This document shows, piece after piece, positions 1 to 12,708 of a DNA stretch of 64,000 bases. The DNA is from Azolla caroliniana (Eukaryota > Plantae > Polypodiophyta). The stretch covers positions 9,238,001 to 9,302,000 of the forward strand of contig JBHGNT010000011.1 in assembly GCA_043228905.1 (NCBI GenBank), read 5' to 3'. The stretch's first letter is position 1, and each line of letters starts with the position of its first letter. The translations under genes and the position numbers were made by a program. The notes under the pieces are model-generated. The model worked only from the letters and a program-made list of their open reading frames with translations. It was not told the origin of the DNA and ran no database searches.

Positions 1-312
1 CCGGTTTAACAACCCACACAGATTGATTACACGCGTAAGATATGACAGTAAGCACAGAACGGAAAATAAGTAGATATACAATAATCTTAAAACCAACTTT
101 ACTTATATGTATTAATTTCGTCCCTTAATACATCGTTCTTCGGATCCTTTTATAGGCATTTGGTACTGTTTACAAAACGCTGCAATCTCAGCAACCGGTT
201 ACGAATCGGTCCGGATCTGGATCGGTGCAACTCTTCTGGATCCGTCCGTCCCTATTTTAATTCTTAATTAATACTAATAATTTAAGTTCTATGTCTGACC
301 CATCCCCCACTT
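1..312 (-). mobile_element. Probable 3' LTR (cut by window edge) with polypurine tract of an LTR retrotransposon
   Basis: Minus strand reads AAGTGGGGGA (PPT-like) followed by TGGGTCAGAC (TG start at 302), with a TATA-like CCTATAAAAGG further inside. No partner LTR is visible. Confidence 0.4.
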
Positions 313-1838
313 GTCTTTCATATTCCGGTCGTCGACTAACACAGACATACACTTCAATAGTCGCAACACCGCCAACTAGAATAGACATACCCTTAACATA
401 CTCTTTGTAACCTTGCTTTTTCATAATATAATCTCATTTCCATTTCTTGTCTTATCTCTCTCTCTCCTACTCACAAGTTACGATAGGAGCATTTGAATAC
501 CATGTGGAGACTAAAGAGGATGTTGTCGGTAAGACCAACGCTCCGAAAAGCTATTTACAAAAAGGAATCGCCGATTTTCGTAACAGTTGACATGAGTCCG
601 ACCGGAATTGGGTGGGTGATCAACCAGGAGGATGAAGCCCAGAAGTTGTTTGTCATCTGGTTTGGTTTAAAAGTGTTAAGTGAGCGACAAAGAGTATATG
701 CCCAAGTTAAGCGTGAACTATATGGGGTATCGTTTCGGCAGTTAAGGCCGACAAGGACTATCTGATCAAGACTAAAGTAATAATCGAGACAATTGCCTCC
801 GGATTCTCAAGATGGTATACAGATATACGACTCCGAACCTGGCTATGCTCTGGTGGATTGCGTACATAGAGTTATGGCCCATCTCCGAAGAGGACAACGC
901 CATGGCCGATATGTTATCGGGGGCACGGTACAACAATGAAGATAGCATGGTGTCGAAAGGAGAAGAAGTCGGAATAGACTTCTTCGAGTTGGCTCGGATG
1001 TTGGCTAATGGGCGAAGCACTCCGACCTTGCACATGTTCGATGACGACAAGTACGACGGGGAGTGGCTTTGAATCTATCGGTTCCTAAACGCAATGATAG
1101 CGGACGCACTGTGGACAAAAGAAGAGACGTGTTAGGTTCAAAAGAAAACATATTATATGGCATCATCTGAAGAAATAGATTGGCATACCACTCCGGGTGG
1201 TGATGTGGGAAGGAGACCAAATAGTGTTGATGTTGGGGTTTCACGAAAGCCCTTGGTTCAGACCATAGATTGACATATTCGCATTCGTGGGCATTCCCAT
1301 TCGAATGCAAACGAGTACGAATAAGAATGGGAAGTCAAGTATTCGTGTTTTTTTTTTTTTTTGAGAAAAAGTGTATTCAAAGAGTATGAACAAAGAACGG
1401 TCTACAGGGAGCAGAGAATAGCTAAAACAGCGAACAGTGAACGACGAACAGCCTACAACGAGTAGTGAATCGTGATAGGTACCTTGAAGGCAGAAAATTA
1501 GGGTTCGGCTATGTCCTTGTCTCTTCTATGTGATGCCTAATTCTCACCTCCTCTTGCATCTTGTTCCCTAAAAATTAGGGTTTGGCTGAAATTGATGTTG
1601 ATGTCACTTTGAAATCAGTAAGTCTCTCTTCTCGATTCTCATCTATTTCTTCTTTATTCAAGCTTTTGTTCAGAAATTATGGTTGATGATTGAGATTACG
1701 TTTCCCTTGTATCTCATGTTGAATTTTTTTTATGTTACATCAGATTAATCTCTCCCAAAATCAGTGGAAGGTAATTAGCTTATTAACAAGGTGAAATTTC
1801 TGTTGATTATTGACACTTCCAGAGGTTAATTTACTAAA

Positions 1839-3895
1839 ATGGTGAAGCAAAAGGCCTTTGAATGGGATCATGTGACCATTGTGCGAAAACCTGATAAGGG
1901 TATGCCCGTTGTTCAATGCAAACATTGCCAACATGTATTTGTTGGTGGCCCCTTCCGAATTAGAGCTCACCTATTGGGCACGAAAGGTTTCAGTGTTGAC
2001 AAATGCCGTCGAATTGATGCTATCAAAAAGCTGAAGTACAAAAAATGATATCTAATACTAGTTATGCAAATGTTGATGTCGATGGGGGATCATCAATGAA
2101 ATGCAATGCTGAAAAAACTAGTGCAAATGTTGATGTTGTGGAGTCAACATCTATCAATGAAATGCTTTCATCATCTTCTATCAATGCATCAACAAATAAA
2201 AAGATGAAAGTAGACAATGGTGAACCCTTGAAAGTGTCATGGCAAAAACAACTTGATAAAAATGCTGATGAAGCTATTAGGAGGTTTTTTTTTGTAGAGG
2301 ATGTACCAAATGTAAAAGCGGGAAGTGCATATTTTCATGACCTAATAAAAGCTGTAGCACTTGTTGGGCCTTCTTATAAGCCACCATCTCCTAATCAATT
2401 ACGTAGAAGGCACTTGAATGAAGAGGTGAATTATGTTAAAAATGAGATTATCCGAATTAGAGAAAAATGGAAAATTGTTGGATGTATGATTGTAAGTGAT
2501 GGTTGGCCAGATACAAAGAATAGACCTATAATTAATGTCATGGCTACTTCGGCATACGGCACTGTGTTTCTGAAATCAATTGACACCAGTGGAGAATGTA
2601 AATCAGGAGAGTATATTTTTAAGATTTTGAAAGAGGTTATTCTTGATATTGGCCCATCAAATGTTGTGCAAGTTTGTATGGACAATGCAACAAATTGTGT
2701 GGCAGCTGGGAGGATGATAGAAAAAGAATGGCCCATGATCTTTTTTACTAGATGCATATGTCACTGCCTTGATTTGTTGTTTGAAGATATTGGAAAATGT
2801 GCTTGGGTTCATGATGTTATGAAATTAGCTACAAAGCTAATCGTGTTTATAACACGAAAACAACATTCTTTGGCAATGTTTCGTAAGTTTAGTGAGAAAG
2901 AATTGTTAAAGCCTTCCACTACTAGGTTTGCCTATAGTTTTATCATGCTTTCAAACTTATTGGATGATAGAGTCAAAGGGGGATTAAGAAGAATGGTGGT
3001 TAGTGAACAATGGTGTCAATGGAAAGGATCGAAAACACAACAAGGAGAAGAAATAGTTTCAATTGTACTTGATGCTTCCTTTTGGGCAAATATGAAGAAG
3101 ATAGTAAAGATATGCAAGCCAATCCTAAAAGTTCTTAGATTGGCGGATAGAGAAGGAGCAACCATGGGTTTAATTTATGAATGTACTCAACATATGATAG
3201 AAGAAATAAACCACATTGAAGATGTAGATCATATAATGCTTGATGAAATTAAAGAAATATGTATGCAAAGATGGACAATGTTACAATCACCATTGCATGC
3301 AACCGGCTTTATTTTGCATCCAATTTGGAGAGAAAAAATTCAAGATATTGATGATAAGGTCAATACAAGTTGGATGGAAACTATTATGCGTTATACCAAT
3401 GGTGATATAAATCTATGTAGTGTTTTATTGAATGAATTCTTTGCTTATAGAACTCAAGAAAAAAGTACATTTCAAATTCCTATGGCAAATGATCCAACTA
3501 TGATGCATAATGCAATTAAGTGGTGGGAAACATTTGGAGCATGTACTCCAAACTTAAAAAGGCTTGCAATTCGTGTGCTTTCTCAAGGTTCATGTGCATC
3601 TTCTTGTGAAAGAAATTAGAGCACATTCTCATCGATACATACAAAAAAAAGAAATAGATTGACTCATGCTCATGTTCAGAAATTGGTTTATATACATACA
3701 AATCATAATCTCATTAGAAGAATAAGGGAAACGGGATTATGCCTCAATGAAGTAACATTGGATATGATCAACAAAGAAGATGATGATGAGAGGCTTTTGA
3801 GAATGCAAAACCAAGCTATTAATGAAAATGACGAAGTCGATGAGGATATTATTGATGAGCTTGAAGATATGGATGATGAATATGATAGTGCGTAG
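1839..3895 (+). pseudogene. hAT transposase (BED zinc finger, DUF659-type core, C-terminal dimerisation domain) with an apparent frameshift and one premature stop
   Basis: CKHC...IRAHL BED finger (1839-2048). Frame change near the A-run at about 2045. SDGW, MDNA, RCICHCLDL, WWETFG, SCERN then TAG at 3617-3619 where W is expected; the same frame continues STFSSIHTKKRNRL. Confidence 0.9.
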
Positions 3896-3995
3896 AGGCT
3901 TTTGAGAATGCAAAACCAAGCTATTGATGGAAACAATGAAGTCCATGAGGAAATTATTGATGAGCTTGAAGATATGGATGATGAATATGATAGAC
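3789..3995 (+). repeat. 105-bp tandem duplication of the acidic transposase C-terminus
   Basis: AGAGGCTTTTGAGAATGCAAAACCAAGC starts at 3789 and again at 3894. Confidence 0.9.
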
Positions 3996-4749
3996 TATAA
4001 TGCATAGGCTCTTAAATTTAAAAGTGTTAATTAGAATTTAGAACTTAGAATTTAGAAATTAGAATCTTTAGTTTATAAACTCTTTAGTTAACTTTTCTTA
4101 TGCCCATGTGATTTTAAATGCCTTTTGTATTTCTATTAATGAGTGATTGTTGTTTTTTTAGTGAATTAATTCATTTTTATTATGTAAATTTATTTTAAAA
4201 AACGAATGGTTTTCTAATATTCTTAGGGCCATTTTCTATTCTCGAATATGGAGAATATGGAGAATGGCGAATATGGCGAATATGACGCATGTGTCAATCT
4301 ACGGTTCAGACATTGGGGGACATGGGCTACGTTCGAGAAATTGAAGGAGAAGTATTGGTGGTTGATATGTACAAGGACGTCCATCGACTTGTGTCAACGT
4401 GTGAGACCTGGCAGATGCATTTGGTGGTCTTACACTGCAACAAACTCCACCCGACCTACCCGTCGACCATTCACTGCAAATGGATGGTTGACTTGGTGAC
4501 AATGTTGATGGGGGTCGAACAAATGCGGTATCTGGTGCTAGCATGAGAGAATCTGATGAATTAGGTAGAAGGCCAAGCCCTACTGAGTAAGACGACTACA
4601 ACGATATGTTGGTTCTTGATTCAGGATGTAATTTGTCAGTACAAGTGCGTAGGAGAGAGATCGTGACCGACCAGGTAGAACTGGACACACAAGAGGCCAA
4701 GGAGATGTTCGACCATCAAGCTCTCCCTTACAATAGCATACAATCTGAA

Positions 4750-5600
4750 TGTTGGCATAAAAGGTCGACTCCTTCCACTTTGTATCTGAGTGTGAACTCG
4801 TCCAAAGAGTTAGGGCGCAATATATATGCGATAACCTAACATTGTAAAGAGAGACCTCTTGATCATTCTTGTACAGTGTCTCTGAGAGAGAGAGAGAGAA
4901 CGTAATAACAAAGCTTCCATTAAAGCTTAAATCACGTATTATCTTTTGTCTATTCTCTTGTCTTCCTTTTGTGTTGTTTTCTGAACACTACAACAGATCC
5001 TCACACATACGTTTCCGCACATATCTGCCCTTCAATTAGTATCAGAGCGATCCACAGCTCGGCGGCAACAAACTGCAGAAAAAGCTTAAAGGAAAAAGAC
5101 CAGGTCAGTAAAATCTCACTTTCAAAGAAGAACATGGCTTCAACATCTGGAACAAGAGTTGAAATCAAAAAATCCGATGGCAAAAACTTTGCCCTGTGGA
5201 AGGAGATGATGCAGGATGTGTTGATCATTAGAAGACAAGTCGAAGCCATTTGACACAGTGAAAAACCTACCTCGATGACAGCCGAAGAGTGGAGATCTAC
5301 AGACGAAATCGCACGCTCCACCATCCGAATGCATCTGGCCGAAAACGTCTACTTCAACATGGCAAAAGAGACGACAACTTTCTCACTTTGGGAGAAGCTA
5401 CAAGCCGTGTACATTCATTTCAATTTACAGATTTTTGATGTAAACGCCCATTACGGGGGAGTGTTGAATGCGGATCTCTAATGGACATATTCACACTATC
5501 TCCCTTTGTACACATTAGGTTCGAGCTATTTATGTAAATAGTGAGAAGGGCAGTTGCCCTAAGTCAGTATATAAACTAACCTTGTAACCTAGTTTCAGGT
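4750..5600 (+). mobile_element. Copia remnant: LTR (4750-5034), PBS, gag start, joined directly to a PPT and partial LTR
   Basis: TGTTG...TTCA, then tRNA-iMet-type PBS TAGTATCAGAGC (5037-5048), gag MASTSGTRVEIKKSDGKNFALWKEMM...LWEKLQAVY, then CCCATTACGGGGGAG|TGTTGAA at 5462, resembling the PPT/LTR at 63567-63600. Confidence 0.8.
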
Positions 5601-6570
5601 TGGTTGAAATATAGTTTTGGTCGTTCGGAGGCCATCGGTCACACGACTAATCCCCACCATGTCTTCGAGCTTGCGCAATTTGGAGATCGCACGCTATCTT
5701 GGTCAGCTCTTCCAAAGCTTCACTCCCGATTGGACCTTCTACCACGTTGGACAGAACCAGCCCCAACTCAAGCTATCTTCTTGTTTGTTCTAACCGAGTC
5801 GAAATCTCTTCGGCTCTCATCCCCGCACTCGAGATAGTTGACGACATTCCTGCGTCGTTCCAATCGCGCCGTTTGATGAAATGGCTGCATACTCTTTTAA
5901 CCTCGATCCAATCAGCCATGAGCCCTTCATCCATCTCTAGTAGGAGACCTACCTTCTCTCGATCGAGCAAGTTAACTGACTTGACTAATAGTAGGACCTT
6001 GCTCATATCGAGCATGGTCCAATCCAATGTCGAGAGTCGCGAGAATCGCTTCTCAAACTCCAAGAGAAGCACCGATGTATTCTGTGCTTTGTTAGGGCTC
6101 TCAGCCCAATCTATAAACTCTTTCTTCGACAACCAGTGCGACTCGTCAAAGTCGTATCTCTCGAGGAGTTGTTCCTCGAAATCCGACCAATTACGACAGT
6201 TCACTTGCACCTCGAGCACCTCAGCGTGGATGCTCGGCGTAATAACCCGAGGGAATCTGGCTAGTCGTCTGTCCTCCAAGATATCCATCATTATCATTTC
6301 GGACCTGTAGGCATCCAAGTTGCTCGTTGCGTCTTTTCCATTGAATCATCCAATTGTGCCGACTATCGACTCAATGGCCCTCTTGAGCGTTCACCAGGCA
6401 GTCGACAGGCACCGCCATCACCTCTACTGGTTCACTTCACCACATCTTCGAACTCCTTCCCCGCCCCTCTTCATGTCGGGTTCACCAAAGATGTCACGGA
6501 AATTCACATGTATGTGTAGGATTCGGGATGGGACCATCGGGGTCTTGAACCAAGGAGCCAGTAAGAAACG
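5600..6570 (-). mobile_element. Gypsy-like gag fragment
   Basis: ORF 5773-6318 (RNWSDFEEQLLERY...LLEFEKRFSRL) has retrotransposon capsid-like character. Possible PBS TGGCTCC at about 6564-6570. Confidence 0.55.
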
Positions 6571-7169
6571 AGAAGGGGAGAGATGGCTATCCAGATTGCT
6601 TCCAGATGACTTCGCCAAAGCGCTGCACGGACAAGTATCCAGACATGTATGCAATCCGAATCACTCGCTAGAGGCCGGATGGGGAGCTCATGGCCTCTAA
6701 CACGTGGACTGTATTAACCCGCTCCCGTACACCGAAAGATGGGCGTGCGGGCTCAAAGACTCTAGTTAACCCCGCAAGCGGAGGGGACAGAGACATAAGC
6801 ATAAATAAACAGAGAAAATGCTCAATGACACAAGAGATCTGGATAAAAGCCAATGATCGACTAACTTGGGATAGTGGAAATACAACCGGACTCGGCCGAC
6901 AAAAGAGCTCGAGCTCTCCATGCACACACACACAGAGATCCCCCGCGCAAAACAGAGGCCTCTCTACCACTCACTATATTAGTACATCATGGCAATGTAT
7001 TGTATCAAGGTTCAACACCCCTTTATAAGTTGTTTTTGAATGTACAGGTTTTGGTGTACATACATTGTCTTTTATTCTACATTGTAAGCCTCTGGGCAAA
7101 TAACTTCAATTTGTAGTCTTCAAACATTTTCTAATACTATTGACGAAAGTCTTTCAAGGAAAAAAAAGA

Positions 7170-7822
7170 TGTGTTTTGACAAGCTCGACTTCTTTTCATA
7201 GACCAATTGTAATTTCTCCCATAGGGTGAAGGTTGTCGTCTCTTTAGTCATGTTGGAGTAAACATTTTCGACCAAGTGCATTCGGATGGTCAACCTCAGT
7301 ATTTCATCGAGTGATCGCCATATCTCTGCTCCCATTGATGCTAGCTTGTGTGATGATCAACACGTCCTATGTCATTTCCTTCCAAAGGGCAAACTTTTTG
7401 CCATTGAACTTTCTAATTTCACATCCTGTGTTGGATGTTGAAGCCATAGTTCCTTTTGGCGGTGTTTGCTAGCATGGTCGTTTCCTTCAAGATTCTTCTT
7501 GTATTGATGTTGCTTAGGTAGGTTCCAAGATCACTCTAATACCACTTGTGTATTGTGCCTTGGTCGACTTATGTGGAATAAGTTTATGGATCTTGTTGGT
7601 AGGAACAAGCAAGATGTATTGTCAAAGCAAGATGTACAGAGAATGAGAGTGAAAGATAGTTACAAAATTTCTGCAAGAGAGACAATTTTATTCAAATCCA
7701 ACCAAACATCGTTACAAGACTGAGTTCCTCTTATTTATGCATAGGGTAAGTAAACCCTAACTCCAAAGAGGAGTGTTGACACTAAAGAGACAAATGGATG
7801 GACTAGGACTTTTAGTTCAACA
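7170..7822 (-). mobile_element. Copia 5' remnant (LTR 7547-7822, PBS, gag start), same lineage as 4750-5410
   Basis: Minus strand: TGTTGAACTAAAAG LTR start, PBS TGGTATTAGAGT (7533-7544), gag IRMHLVENVYSNMTKETTTFTLWEKLQ closely matching the 5275-5410 gag. Confidence 0.8.
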
Positions 7823-8552
7823 ATAAAAACCCTTCAGTATGCATGATATACATTCGATCCAATCTATTCCAAGTAACCTACCAATTGAAATGTATGACTA
7901 TATTCATCTTCCTTAATCCATTTGCATACATCCCTCGACATAACTTTGCCTCAAATTTCCCTACTCTTGAGCCTCTAGTCAATCCATAATAGTGTGAATA
8001 GATGTTGATTTATTTGCCTTAGAACAAACATGAAAATCTCGCAACACCGAGATTAGAGATCTCCATCCATGATATAGTAAATGTATATACTCCAACTTTA
8101 GTGGTCTCTTCAACTAGAATCTTGAGGTTTCTAGACTTTGAAGTACTATATACAAACTAAACCACATCTTTAAGAGGTTCAACAAAGAGTTGTGCTAATT
8201 ATCAAGGCTACTACCATAAACTAACACCCCGTCACCTTTCTTTTTCTCATGTCATTTGCATTTGAAGTTGTATGGAATGGCATATCACATAACGATAATG
8301 GTAAGCAACACCTTATTAAAACTCTCTATCAAGGCGTCTCCCCTAATTGTATACGAGTAGTGGATCACCACTTCTAAAGATTTTGAACACAACACCTCAA
8401 AAACAAAGTTATTTTCAATTTACAGCATAATTTCACATTGCAGGCTTCTCCTATGTATTTTGAATTCTCAATATCTCCACAATTTGTATGAAACATGATC
8501 TTCATGTTAGTTTGTTGTACTCTTAGTTTAATTTTGAGAGGATACACCAGAG

Positions 8553-8833
8553 ATTTCTTTCTCAAATGTGTTTTGGATAAAATTTAGACATGAATGCAAC
8601 AAATGTTAGTTCCACCAACAAGAACGCCATGTTATTTTTTCCATGTACATATATACATACAAGGGGCAGTGTATAGTAGCGTACATCAATCTCATTTCTT
8701 TCTCAAATGTGTTTTGGATAAAATTTAGGCATGATGCAAGAAATGTTAGTTCCACCAACATGAAGGCCATGTTATTTTTTCCATGCACATATATACATAC
8801 AAGAGGCAGTGTATAGTAGCGTACATCAATCTC
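8553..8833. repeat. About 141-bp tandem duplication downstream of the DHHC gene
   Basis: ATTTCTTTCTCAAATGTGTTTTGGATAAAATTTAG starts at 8553 and 8694. The units differ by a few substitutions. Confidence 0.9.
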
Positions 8834-9070
8834 TTTTTGATCATAAGCCTGAAGACTCCATCCATCATTTTGTGAAGGACACTTACTGCTCATACCTTCA
8901 GCTACTGCTGTTGCTGCTGCTCACTTCATCCTAACCCTATACATTTAGTTTTGGGTTTCTCGATATGCACTACCCATCCATAACATCCAAAGAGTGCATA
9001 TTTTGTAGAGTTATATATTGGATGGAGGAGATGCAAATACTGAGGCAGTGGTGGTGGAGAAGGCATGGAA

Positions 9071-12000
9071 CTATGGCTGCTGCTTTGGTAATGCGGTCAT
9101 GCTCAAGGTTTCAACCTGGGAAGGCAGATTCCTTATAATCCCAGTAGTTGGATGTGTAATTGATGTATTGGAAGAGTCTCCAGGCAGATTACCACGCTCA
9201 TTCACTGCAAAATCATCATGGTTGACAACTCCCTCCGAGGATCCTTTACTCCTATTTGAATATGGCTGCCTACTCATGTTTACACCCTCCAAAACCACTT
9301 TTGGATTGGAAGAAACTGGTCTCAGTATAGATGAATTTTTCTTGGCAATGCTTGAAAGACGTAAAACCTCGTCTTTATTTAAAGCAGCCAAATTCCATGG
9401 GTTTAGTTTCACGGGTTTTTTCTTACTATCCCTTGAGTTCCATTCTTTCATTGATAGATGACTTTCTGATGCAGCATCTTCCTGGGAAAACAAACTCACT
9501 CACTCACTCACTCACTCACTCACTCTCTCTCTCTCTCTCTCTTTTATCGTAGTTTGTTAACAGTACACGCACTGCATCTTGGGTTCGAAACCCAATTTTC
9601 TCGCCTCTCTATTATATACTTCATATATATCTCTTACTTAATTCACTGGATGCCATTGTGGAATGTAGGGATTGAACCCATGACCACCTGGTCTCCATTG
9701 GGCAACCTTACCAACTAAGCTACATCCATCTCTCTCTCTCACACACACACACATCTATGCTTTTGAGGTGAAGGATGGATGCACAAAGGATGTATATGCT
9801 ACGAATAAGAGCGCTCTAGCTCAATACCAATTATCCAGGAGAATTGATGAGCATAGTTTTAGAGTATACAATAGCTTATTTTTGTGCAGTGTGATAGGGC
9901 AGCTGTGAACTTTATTACATCAGCTAGAGATTCAGGTAGGCAGATATGCGCAAATACCTCCAGAAGAAAGAATTGGGCAGTCGTGTCTGCAAGGAGTGGA
10001 ATCCGAAGAACACTATGTTTGTCATTGTACTATCTTTTATGAAATAAGAGGCAGATACCATTGCCTCTTTAAACAAGGCTTTGGCCCGCTATGCAAGGTA
10101 ATGGAATATGAGGACCAACGGAGCATAGGACTTTTCTTGCTAGAACTCAAGAGACACAAGGAAAAGTTGTTGAAGGACAATAGTACAGCTACACAAGCTT
10201 ATCCACAAAGAACAATCACAACTTTCTTTAGCCCAATTACTCCTACTGATGCTACTACAAGTCAATCAAGGGCTACACAAAGGGGCTTCCAACCAAGATA
10301 TAATAACGGGGTTACAATAGATCAGGCAATAGCAACTTGTCGTGCACATAGGCCCCAGCCTCATGGACCATGATCTCACCACCCTTGTCATCGACATATT
10401 AAGGCCATTATCTCCCACCATCGGAGGTACTTCCCTCGCTTTGGAGACCTCTCCATTCTGGATCAGCCTGTGCTAGAGATCTTTCGAAGACAAAAGTCAC
10501 AGTATATCTGACTTAAATCTTACATGTACAGATAATAAGATTATTTGGTCTCTTATATCTTATTTACTTTTAAGTTTACTTACTAACATTTATTTTATTT
10601 TGATTTGCTGTTCTCAACGACTAGACAACACTTAAGATGCAATCTTTCGTTTGGTCTTATAGGCCATTTTGGCCTCTCAAAAGAAGTTAATATATCTTTC
10701 TTTCTTTATCTCTCCTTCTCTCTCTCAATCCCTCTCTCTCACCTCATTATCAACAAAAAGTCGGGGGGGTGTGCACCAGGCCCGTCCATGTAAACCACCA
10801 ATTGAGCTCCCACCACTTGTAATAGTTCCAATAGAGCTCATTGGGGAAGTAGCAGGACTATGGACAATGTCACCTACTCCTTTAGGATCTTGCTCTCTCA
10901 TTGCAACAATGTAATCATATGTTGTAATCCCCTGCCATATAATGATTGAGATACCGTACAGATTCATCCTTGAATGGAGGAAGTTTGTGCTAAGGATTTC
11001 AAATATTGCAAATTCACAGATTTACCTTCCTCATAAGTATGCTATGGAAGGACAAGAGTTGACAAAGTGGATAAGTTGCTGCCATTGAAAGAAATGTGCA
11101 GGATGCCTACAACAAAACCCAGTTCATCTACTCAAACTTTTAAAGTAGGAGACTCCCATAAAATAACTTTCCTTGCAATGCTTACCAGTATTATAATGTA
11201 CGCCACAGATGAAAAACTGCTACCTAGTTTTAATAGGATGAGATGTTGGAAATAAGACAGCCTTAGGAAGTAATGCACCACTACCCATAATCCAACAGAC
11301 CACTGTAGAATTAGCTGTAAAAGAATCCAAGATAAAGATGTCGTACAACTTTCTTAACATTTTATATCAATATTTAGTGTTACGTTCTAGCACACATACT
11401 GAAAACACTTGTGAATGACTAAATACTGAATTACCATTGCTATTGCTGAAACCATTAATGCCACAAACTCCTTGTAGTTTTTTTTCCCAATGCAGTTATT
11501 CAGCCACTGCATAATGCAATTCATGAATCACAACTTTGTTGCCTGAGGAGAAAAATAATAATAACGTCATCATTTGGAAATCAAGAAGAACGCACTCGGC
11601 AGTGATGATCAAAACCACTGACACACTTATCACAGATTCTGCAGTGTTTGCTATCTGCGGAGATCTGCTTGACACAAATATAGAAAACATTTTGAGGATG
11701 CAAAGAACCAGACCAGAAAACATAAGCGAACCTCATGTGTAAACTTTTACCTCTACTTTGCATAAACTGCAGTAGAGCATGTCATCTTCACTGACAGGAG
11801 ATTTGGGCTTTGATTTGCATAAGCATCTTTGAAATAAAACAAACATCATACACGGAAACTGCGAAATTTCCTGGTGTGACTCGGTTGATTTATGCATGCT
11901 TTCGTCATTTCTGTTTTCAATGTCAAGACATGTGGCTGATCTGGAGTTATCTAATACACGGCTACGCTCAGGATGGTTTCCACATGAATGTGATTTTCTG

Positions 12001-12708
12001 TTGCCGCAACCACTTTTGAGCAATCCATCATCAGCTGGATTTACTCCCACACACCAGACATACAGCACAAATACTAGAGAAACCTGATAAAAAGAAAGAA
12101 ACTATCCATCACATGTGTCCAAACATTATTGCCAATACCAAGCATATGCATAGCTGGAATTATGGGTGAAGATATGCACACCTGCCTGCCCTAATAGAGA
12201 AGTGTGTTTTCAGAGAAAATCTAAAGGGTTTTGTTCTGTGACAAAAGTTTGCACTAAATATTTTACATACCGTAGGAGAATACAGGGCAAAAATTGCAAT
12301 CTTCACGACCGTGGATACAACGAAAGGGATGAAGAAGACATAGAAGGAAAACGCCAATGCCAGGAAGACCGATACTGCGACAATCTGCAAACAGTGGTTA
12401 GAAAATAGGTTCAGAATCCATCAATCAATCTGCACAGCCGTTTTGGTGGGAAGTGGTAAGACAAGGATCATCATTTCCTTCATTGCTAAATAATCAAATT
12501 AGTTTTGTCTGTTTGCATCTACTAGTGTGAACAGACAGATTTCTTACACAAATTTGAGAGAAGAAAAACTAAATGCCATCTTGAAGCTTTAGCTATTCAA
12601 GTCCATTGTTGCCAAAGGAAAGAAGAGGTAAACCCAAAAGAAAAAAGGGAAGAAATGGAGAGATACCTGTAGCGGATGGTAAGGGAGCTGCCAGCCATGG
12701 CGTCGCAT
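9071..12708 (-). CDS. DHHC-type protein S-acyltransferase (Arabidopsis PAT19-22-like clade), 9 exons, about 479 aa
   Basis: Exons (GT-AG, in frame): 12667-12708, 12271-12384, 11751-12083, 11596-11664, 11435-11506, 11186-11314, 11026-11106, 10743-10931, 9071-9481. Start [14 protein letters not shown]; YCSLCKVE|[23 protein letters not shown]|[11 protein letters not shown]; GITTYDYI; AWCTPPRLF; PVKLNPWNL. The stop position in the last exon is the least certain part. Confidence 0.93.
9658..9728 (-). repeat. tRNA-derived SINE head or pseudo-tRNA in DHHC intron 8
   Basis: Minus strand GGATGTAGCTTAGTTGGTAAGG (A box) ... GGGTTCAATCCC (B box) at tRNA-like spacing. The anticodon arm does not fold cleanly. 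Confidence 0.6.
9890..10710 (+). mobile_element. LINE family A 3' fragment in DHHC intron 8
   Basis: C-terminal Cys/His motif ([15 protein letters not shown]) and 3' end GGTCTTATAGGCCATTTTGGCCTC...ATATCTTTCTTTCTTT, shared with copies ending near 34.3, 44.07 and 47.25 kb. Confidence 0.85.

Larger units (their letters stand above)
1264..4303 (+). mobile_element. hAT-superfamily DNA transposon, complete, 3040 bp
   Basis: TIRs CATAGATTGACATA / TGTGTCAATCTACG. Perfect 8-bp TSD GTTCAGAC at 1256-1263 and 4304-4311. Subterminal GAATATGG/ATTCG-type repeats. Confidence 0.95.
493..4749 (+). mobile_element. Degenerate Ty3/Gypsy pol fragment (RNase H and integrase), split by the hAT insertion
   Basis: RNase H-like VTVDMSPTGIGWVINQ...YAQVKREL and NAMADMLS. 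The integrase zinc-finger region FHESPW|FRHWGTWATFEKLKEKYWW...CETWQ...KWMVDLVTM rejoins across 1263/4312. Many stops and frameshifts. Confidence 0.8.

Noticed and set aside
3703-4005. Ser/Ile-rich minus-strand ORFs
   Set aside because: Antisense of the duplicated acidic transposase tail.
5699-6310. 203-aa Ser-rich plus-strand ORF
   Set aside because: Antisense shadow of the minus-strand gag-like ORF.
9018-9461. 147-aa plus-strand ORF
   Set aside because: Antisense to the last DHHC exon, with no recognisable motifs.
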